This document shows, piece by piece, positions 58,858 through 64,000 of a stretch of 64,000 nucleotides of DNA. The first letter of the stretch is position 1; each line of letters begins with the position of its first letter. Source of the DNA: Methanomassiliicoccaceae archaeon (GTDB lineage: Archaea > Thermoplasmatota > Thermoplasmata > Methanomassiliicoccales > Methanomassiliicoccaceae); assembly GCA_040776945.1 (NCBI GenBank), contig JAXGZN010000002.1:256001-320000 (forward strand), written 5' to 3'. The notes under the pieces are model-generated. The model searched no databases and was not told where the DNA came from. It saw only the letters and a program-made list of their open reading frames with translations. Position numbers and translations under genes: made by a program.

Positions 58858-59913
58858 ATGTCAGAAAAAATTAGAGTGGGAATAATTGGTTGTGGTTTAA
58901 TCTCAAGGTTGCGCCATGTGCCTACTTACAAGAAGCTTGCGGAAAAGGTTGAGATTGCCTCGGTCTGCGACCTCGATGAGAAGCTAGCGAGTAGCCTGGC
59001 GGAGGACTTCAGTATCCCGGCGTGGTACAAAGACGTCAACGAGATGCTGAGCAAGGAGAATCTCGATCTGGTCGACATCTGCGTGCCGCCGAAGGTTCAT
59101 TCGAGCGTGGCGCTGAGCGCGATCGAGAACGGTTGTCACACCTTCATCGAGAAGCCCATGGCCCTGACGACTGCTGAATGTCAGCAGATGGTCGACGCCG
59201 CCAAGCGTAAGAACGTGAAGATCGGCATCAACCACAACAACCTGTTCCACCCCGCGTTCATCAAGGCGAAGAAGGCGGTCGACGAGGGAAAGATCGGGGA
59301 CATCGCGGGCATGCGCATCTATCTGTCCACGCCACGCCACGACATGCTCGACCTTAAGGATCACTGGTACCACCGCCTGCCGGGCGGGATGATCGGGGAG
59401 ACCGGCCCGCACATCGTATACATGACCCAGGCCTTCATCCGCGACATAACCAACGTCGATATCATGGCTAAGAACCTCACGAACAAGCCGTGGGCACCCC
59501 ACGATGAGTTCCGCATCGAGATGGAGGGCTCCAACGGCCTGAGCTCCGTCGCGTTGTCGTACACCCGGGACGCCTGGGCGGCGACCATGGACCTGTTCGG
59601 CACCAAGGGTAGCCTCAACGTCGACCTCAACACCATGCTGGTCACCAACCACAGCCTGCGGGACATGAAGTACACCAGCATCGCCAAGACCTCGCTGGGG
59701 ACGATTCCTCAGATTCTCGGCGGTTTCACTGGCAATGTCATGGGGGTGGCGATGAAGAAGAACATGGTGGGGACCCAGGTCCACATCGAGTCGTTCATCC
59801 AGTCGATCAACAACGGCAGTGTACCGCCTATAACTGGCGAGATGGGCCTGGAGACGGTCCGGGTGATGGAGTCGATAGTAAACAAATATAGAAATAAATA
59901 CTCGAGTGGCTAG
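58858..59913 (+). CDS. Gfo/Idh/MocA oxidoreductase
   Basis: IIGCG, EKPMA, E.GPH motifs. Confidence 0.9.
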   Translation: MSEKIRVGIIGCGLISRLRHVPTYKKLAEKVEIASVCDLDEKLASSLAEDFSIPAWYKDVNEMLSKENLDLVDICVPPKVHSSVALSAIENGCHTFIEKPMALTTAECQQMVDAAKRKNVKIGINHNNLFHPAFIKAKKAVDEGKIGDIAGMRIYLSTPRHDMLDLKDHWYHRLPGGMIGETGPHIVYMTQAFIRDITNVDIMAKNLTNKPWAPHDEFRIEMEGSNGLSSVALSYTRDAWAATMDLFGTKGSLNVDLNTMLVTNHSLRDMKYTSIAKTSLGTIPQILGGFTGNVMGVAMKKNMVGTQVHIESFIQSINNGSVPPITGEMGLETVRVMESIVNKYRNKYSSG

Positions 59914-59926
59914 GCGGGATTAGTTC

Positions 59927-61117
59927 TTGAACGTCTTGGCAATAGCGACAAACTTTCCGGATCCAATACATCGTACATGGGCACCTTGGAACAAGTCATC
60001 GATTGATGCTATCGCCTCCCAGGACAATGTTACAACAATCGTGCCAAGACCAATAGCCCCTCCAATGACAACATATTACACGATTCCGAGAGTAGAGATT
60101 ACTCAATTATATACTATACATTATATGAGATTCCCATATCTATTGCCAAAGAAATTATTTTATGGTTTGACAGGAGACTTATTCAAGTATTCAGTATCCA
60201 AATACATAGCAAAATCACTTACTGATAAAACAATAGAAAGGCCTGAGGTCATTCATTCGTTTCATCCATATCCAGATGGATATGGAATGACGGATATTTC
60301 CAAAGCCCTAAATGTACCCCATGTGATTACAGTGCATAGCCGCCGCAATGTTGAATATTGCACGGCAAAAGTAGTAAGGGCTCTTATAAGAGCATCCAAA
60401 ATTATTACAGTTTCGGAGTCTCTCGTACCTTTGATAAACTCCCTAGGGATACCCTTGGAAAATATCGCTCACGTGTCTCTTGGTGTAAACCCTAATGAAT
60501 TCAAGCCCATTGAACGGACGAAATCTAAGGTAGTAGTGCCAAAATATGGCATTGGCGATGAGCGTATAGTATTATTTGTCGGACAGCTCTTGCCAATAAA
60601 GAATATTAAGGCAATAATAGAATCCATCCCGTATGTGACGAATAGATTGAAAGGCAATAAAAGCAAGGTACGATTCATAATTGTTGGTGATGGTCCTGAA
60701 AGAATGAAAATGGAAGGTCTAGCGAGTAATCTTAAAGTAACGGAATATATAACCTTTACCGGTAGGATTCCGTTTGGGGATCTTGAGCTAAAGGAATGGT
60801 ATGGCATTTCCGATATCTTTGTATTGCCAAGCTTTTCGGAAGGCAAACCTGTAGCCATATTCGAGGCCATGAGTGGTGGTTGTGCAATCATATCTTCAAA
60901 TGTCGATGGGATACCAGAGCAAGTGAAAAACGGCGTGAACGGTTATCTCATTGATCCAACTACTCCAGGAGACTTTGCTAAGAAACTGCTTCTACTACTA
61001 TCAAAAGACGACGTATTAGAAAATATGAAGAAAGAAAGCCGTAGAATCTTGTTTGATTTAGGATACACATGGGATCACTATCAAAAGAGGGTAAGGTCTG
61101 TTTACGAACAATTCTAG
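59927..61117 (+). CDS. GT4-family glycosyltransferase (AT-rich)
   Basis: FVGQL..K, VGDG, LPSFSEG.P..EAM, GIPE motifs. Confidence 0.9.
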   Translation: MNVLAIATNFPDPIHRTWAPWNKSSIDAIASQDNVTTIVPRPIAPPMTTYYTIPRVEITQLYTIHYMRFPYLLPKKLFYGLTGDLFKYSVSKYIAKSLTDKTIERPEVIHSFHPYPDGYGMTDISKALNVPHVITVHSRRNVEYCTAKVVRALIRASKIITVSESLVPLINSLGIPLENIAHVSLGVNPNEFKPIERTKSKVVVPKYGIGDERIVLFVGQLLPIKNIKAIIESIPYVTNRLKGNKSKVRFIIVGDGPERMKMEGLASNLKVTEYITFTGRIPFGDLELKEWYGISDIFVLPSFSEGKPVAIFEAMSGGCAIISSNVDGIPEQVKNGVNGYLIDPTTPGDFAKKLLLLLSKDDVLENMKKESRRILFDLGYTWDHYQKRVRSVYEQF

Positions 61118-61139
61118 CAAACTTGGATGGTATTGATAG

Positions 61140-62261
61140 ATGGATAGACCACTGAAACTAGTAATCGTGACGACACCATTAACCGAAATATCTGAAGGGT
61201 TTGCTAAAAACTTTATCAAAATTATTGCTCAAACAGGTTCTTCGATACGATTAATTAGTGGGATTAGGGATAAGAAATATTTTTGTAAATATGTAGAGAA
61301 ATATACTGATATTTCGTACTACGCTAGATCAAAATGGCAACGCCTTTCAGGATATATTGCTTCCCAACTAATTACATCAAAGAAGTGCTTGAGCGAGGAT
61401 GCCTCATTATACATCTTTTTTCTTTCACAGACACAGTTAATTCCTATCTTCTTGATTAAAATATTTAAAAGAAAAACTCCTACCGTTTTGTTCCCTGGAG
61501 GTTCAGTCCATCTATCCTACAAACAAAGGAACGTTGGACTTTCAATCTTTTTTAATATTATGGAGAGAATTGGGTATTGTATATCGGATAATATAATCTT
61601 GTATTCCAAAAGCCAGATGTGCAATTGGCGTTTGGATAGGTATAGCAAGAAAATAGCATTTGCTCGAGAACATTTTATAGACGCAAACGAGTTTAAGATT
61701 ATTAATAGTCTGTCAGAACGTGGAAATACAATAGGTTTCGTAGGTCGCCTTAGTTCTGAAAAGGGAATACTCTCGTTTGTTGAAGCAGCCAAAGCTTTGG
61801 TATCGGAGAGAAATGATATTCACATCATTATTGCAGGATCAGGAGAGATCGAGTCGCAAATTAGAAATCAAATTAAACCAGAATACTTGGGAAAATTTGA
61901 GTTCTGTGGGTGGGTACCTCGTTCTGAGATTCCCAAATTATTGAACAGAATAAGAATTCTAGTTATACCCTCATACACAGAAGGGCTTCCTAATGTTATG
62001 CTTGAGGCTATGGCGTGCGGAACATTAGTGATAGCTACCTCAGTGGGCACGATTCCGGATATTATCAAGGATGGGGAAACAGGGTTCATATTGAAAGACA
62101 ACTCGCCAAAAACGATTAAGGAAGGCATAAGTCGGGCTATTGAACACAAGAACCAATGCGCGATTGTAGAAAAATCTCTTAGCATAATTAACAACAATTT
62201 TTCATTCGATGAGTCGGTCCGCCTCTGGGTTGAAACGCTCGCATTGTTAAAGAGAGGGTGA
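61140..62261 (+). CDS. GT4-family glycosyltransferase (AT-rich)
   Basis: FVGRLSSEKG, PSYTEGLPNVMLEAMACG motifs. Confidence 0.9.
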   Translation: MDRPLKLVIVTTPLTEISEGFAKNFIKIIAQTGSSIRLISGIRDKKYFCKYVEKYTDISYYARSKWQRLSGYIASQLITSKKCLSEDASLYIFFLSQTQLIPIFLIKIFKRKTPTVLFPGGSVHLSYKQRNVGLSIFFNIMERIGYCISDNIILYSKSQMCNWRLDRYSKKIAFAREHFIDANEFKIINSLSERGNTIGFVGRLSSEKGILSFVEAAKALVSERNDIHIIIAGSGEIESQIRNQIKPEYLGKFEFCGWVPRSEIPKLLNRIRILVIPSYTEGLPNVMLEAMACGTLVIATSVGTIPDIIKDGETGFILKDNSPKTIKEGISRAIEHKNQCAIVEKSLSIINNNFSFDESVRLWVETLALLKRG

Positions 62262-62265
62262 TTTC

Positions 62266-64000
62266 TTGACTGTAACTCAATCACGCCAGCATAAAATATT
62301 TTTAATGATATCATTCATCTTGGCTATAATTTCACTGATGGTCGAATCACTAAGTCTTCCAGTAACCCACTATGAAATTTCTATTTATTCTGGTATGAGC
62401 TGGACTTTTTGGTTTCTTATTTTCGCCTCAATGGCAATTGGTTTGATTGTGTTGTTTGACACTTATTTGAAAGGTAGCTCTTTGTGGTTGATTTCATTTA
62501 TTTTAATATTATTTAATATCTTCATATTGGTCATACTTCCTTATCTACGAGGCTACTATTATTTTGGTGGGGAGGATTCCTTGGTTCATATGGGGACAAT
62601 TCGCCTCATTGTAGAGGAAGGACATATGCCTATTGACTCTATCGCTGCTTTCTACCCATTAATGCATTACCAAGGATCGTTTCTTCAGATAATCTTAAAT
62701 TTACCATTAAACACAATTCCATATCTCGGCATATTCTTATATATCCTAATTTATTCATTATCATACATTATCTTATCAAGATTATTAACGCCTTCAAATG
62801 CTGGAAGGGGTCTTATCATAGTTCTTGGGTTGTTACCCATATTTGGCCTAGATACTATGAATTATTCCCCATTCGTACGGGCAATACTACTCATTCCCAT
62901 TATTATGTATCTATTCTTAAAGACGAGAAGTAATATCCACAGGTTAGAGTTCTCGTTAATCTTGCTTATCGTATTGTTATCTCTTCCTCTATTGCATCCC
63001 CTGGTAAGCATATTTTTATTCATATTGATTCTTGGATTGATTATCTCTGAACAAATCAATATTCACTTAGGTCTATTACCTCGATTGAGCATAGATCAAA
63101 AAAGTTCCAACTGGACCATTTTGATGATAGTAATCATCTCTACATTTGCATGGATTTCTCAATTCCTGTACTTTAGATATGTCGCGAATAAAATTATCGA
63201 CAACATCTTCTATGCAAATGGCCAATCTTTAGCAAAAACATACACATCAATTACTACTATTGTCCAGCCACTAGATTTACTATATTATATTCTAATAAAC
63301 TATGGTTCGTATATAATTTTATCAGTTATATCCATACACATATTCCTTTATCACATTTTTCCACTAGCGTCTAGAAGGAAATCATGGAATCCCATTCTAC
63401 TTTCCCTCTTTATCATAGCAACCATTTTTTTCTTACTGTCTAGTGTTCTCTTTATCCTGGACTTTTTGGTCGGACCTAGAACATTGAGCATCCTAGGAAT
63501 TATCCTCATATCTATCTGTGGTTTGGGCTTTTATTATTCCAGACGTAGGCAGCGGACATTAATTGTAGCCTTATTGATCATTTTAATGTTAATTCCTTCG
63601 ATATCCACTTTTTATTCATCGCCCGTATCGAAGGGAGTTGGGTGGCATTATACTGAGATGGACTTAGTTGGTGATCAGTGGGCAATTTCATCCTCAGAAT
63701 CCAACTATTTCTTATGCAATTATCGGATATGGGCTTCTTCGCAATATCTTGGCCTCAATGCGTCAATTGCGTCGACAGATATTCAGCCTCATTTTAATTT
63801 TGATGAATTATTTGAAAATCAAGATATCTCTCATGATTTGATAATTATTGACGAAAAAATGAAGGAGTCCTACCCGACACTGTTTCCAAATTATGAGAGC
63901 TATTGGAAATATTCAAAGAATGATTTTGATAATTTAATAAGAAGAGGGGACCTATCACGCGCCTATATCAATGGAGATAAACAAATATATCTAATCAACA
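62266..64000 (+). CDS. Multi-TM membrane protein (DUF2206-like / possible glycan polymerase or GT-C); runs off the window
   Basis: Not in the ORF track. TTG start after GAGGGTG; YEISIY, LPYLRGY..GGEDS..H.G, FYP..H, HPL motifs; very hydrophobic. Confidence 0.7.
   Translation, partial: MTVTQSRQHKIFLMISFILAIISLMVESLSLPVTHYEISIYSGMSWTFWFLIFASMAIGLIVLFDTYLKGSSLWLISFILILFNIFILVILPYLRGYYYFGGEDSLVHMGTIRLIVEEGHMPIDSIAAFYPLMHYQGSFLQIILNLPLNTIPYLGIFLYILIYSLSYIILSRLLTPSNAGRGLIIVLGLLPIFGLDTMNYSPFVRAILLIPIIMYLFLKTRSNIHRLEFSLILLIVLLSLPLLHPLVSIFLFILILGLIISEQINIHLGLLPRLSIDQKSSNWTILMIVIISTFAWISQFLYFRYVANKIIDNIFYANGQSLAKTYTSITTIVQPLDLLYYILINYGSYIILSVISIHIFLYHIFPLASRRKSWNPILLSLFIIATIFFLLSSVLFILDFLVGPRTLSILGIILISICGLGFYYSRRRQRTLIVALLIILMLIPSISTFYSSPVSKGVGWHYTEMDLVGDQWAISSSESNYFLCNYRIWASSQYLGLNASIASTDIQPHFNFDELFENQDISHDLIIIDEKMKESYPTLFPNYESYWKYSKNDFDNLIRRGDLSRAYINGDKQIYLIN

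Overview
High-GC archaeal chromosome segment. EgsA, HdrA/MvhD-like and UPF0179 genes, TATA-box promoters and the gene repertoire suggest a methanogen, most plausibly Methanomassiliicoccales (inference). It mixes housekeeping genes (purC, egsA), a metal/oxidative-stress block (NikR-like regulator, P1B ATPase, rubrerythrin, desulfoferrodoxin, truncated HdrA-ferredoxin-MvhD fusion, OsmC, NifB/NifX-like, Mrp), an ActP-type transporter with a USP-fused partner, three sensor kinases, three large secreted/surface proteins and many glycan/envelope genes. The window ends in a visibly AT-rich glycosyltransferase cassette. I saw no rRNA, tRNA, CRISPR array, transposase or integrase. The most notable observations are: (1) an in-frame amber codon inside an otherwise intact sugar epimerase, a pyrrolysine read-through candidate; (2) two or three small intergenic structured elements with exposed C-rich, anti-Shine-Dalgarno-like loops (candidate sRNAs); (3) a secreted Asp/Gly/Cys-repeat protein with a His-rich tail inside a DUF1616/GT2/CPBP envelope module; (4) two dispersed pairs of paralogous microproteins; (5) a flavin-less mini-HdrA-MvhD. 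Family assignments come from motif recognition by eye, not from database searches.
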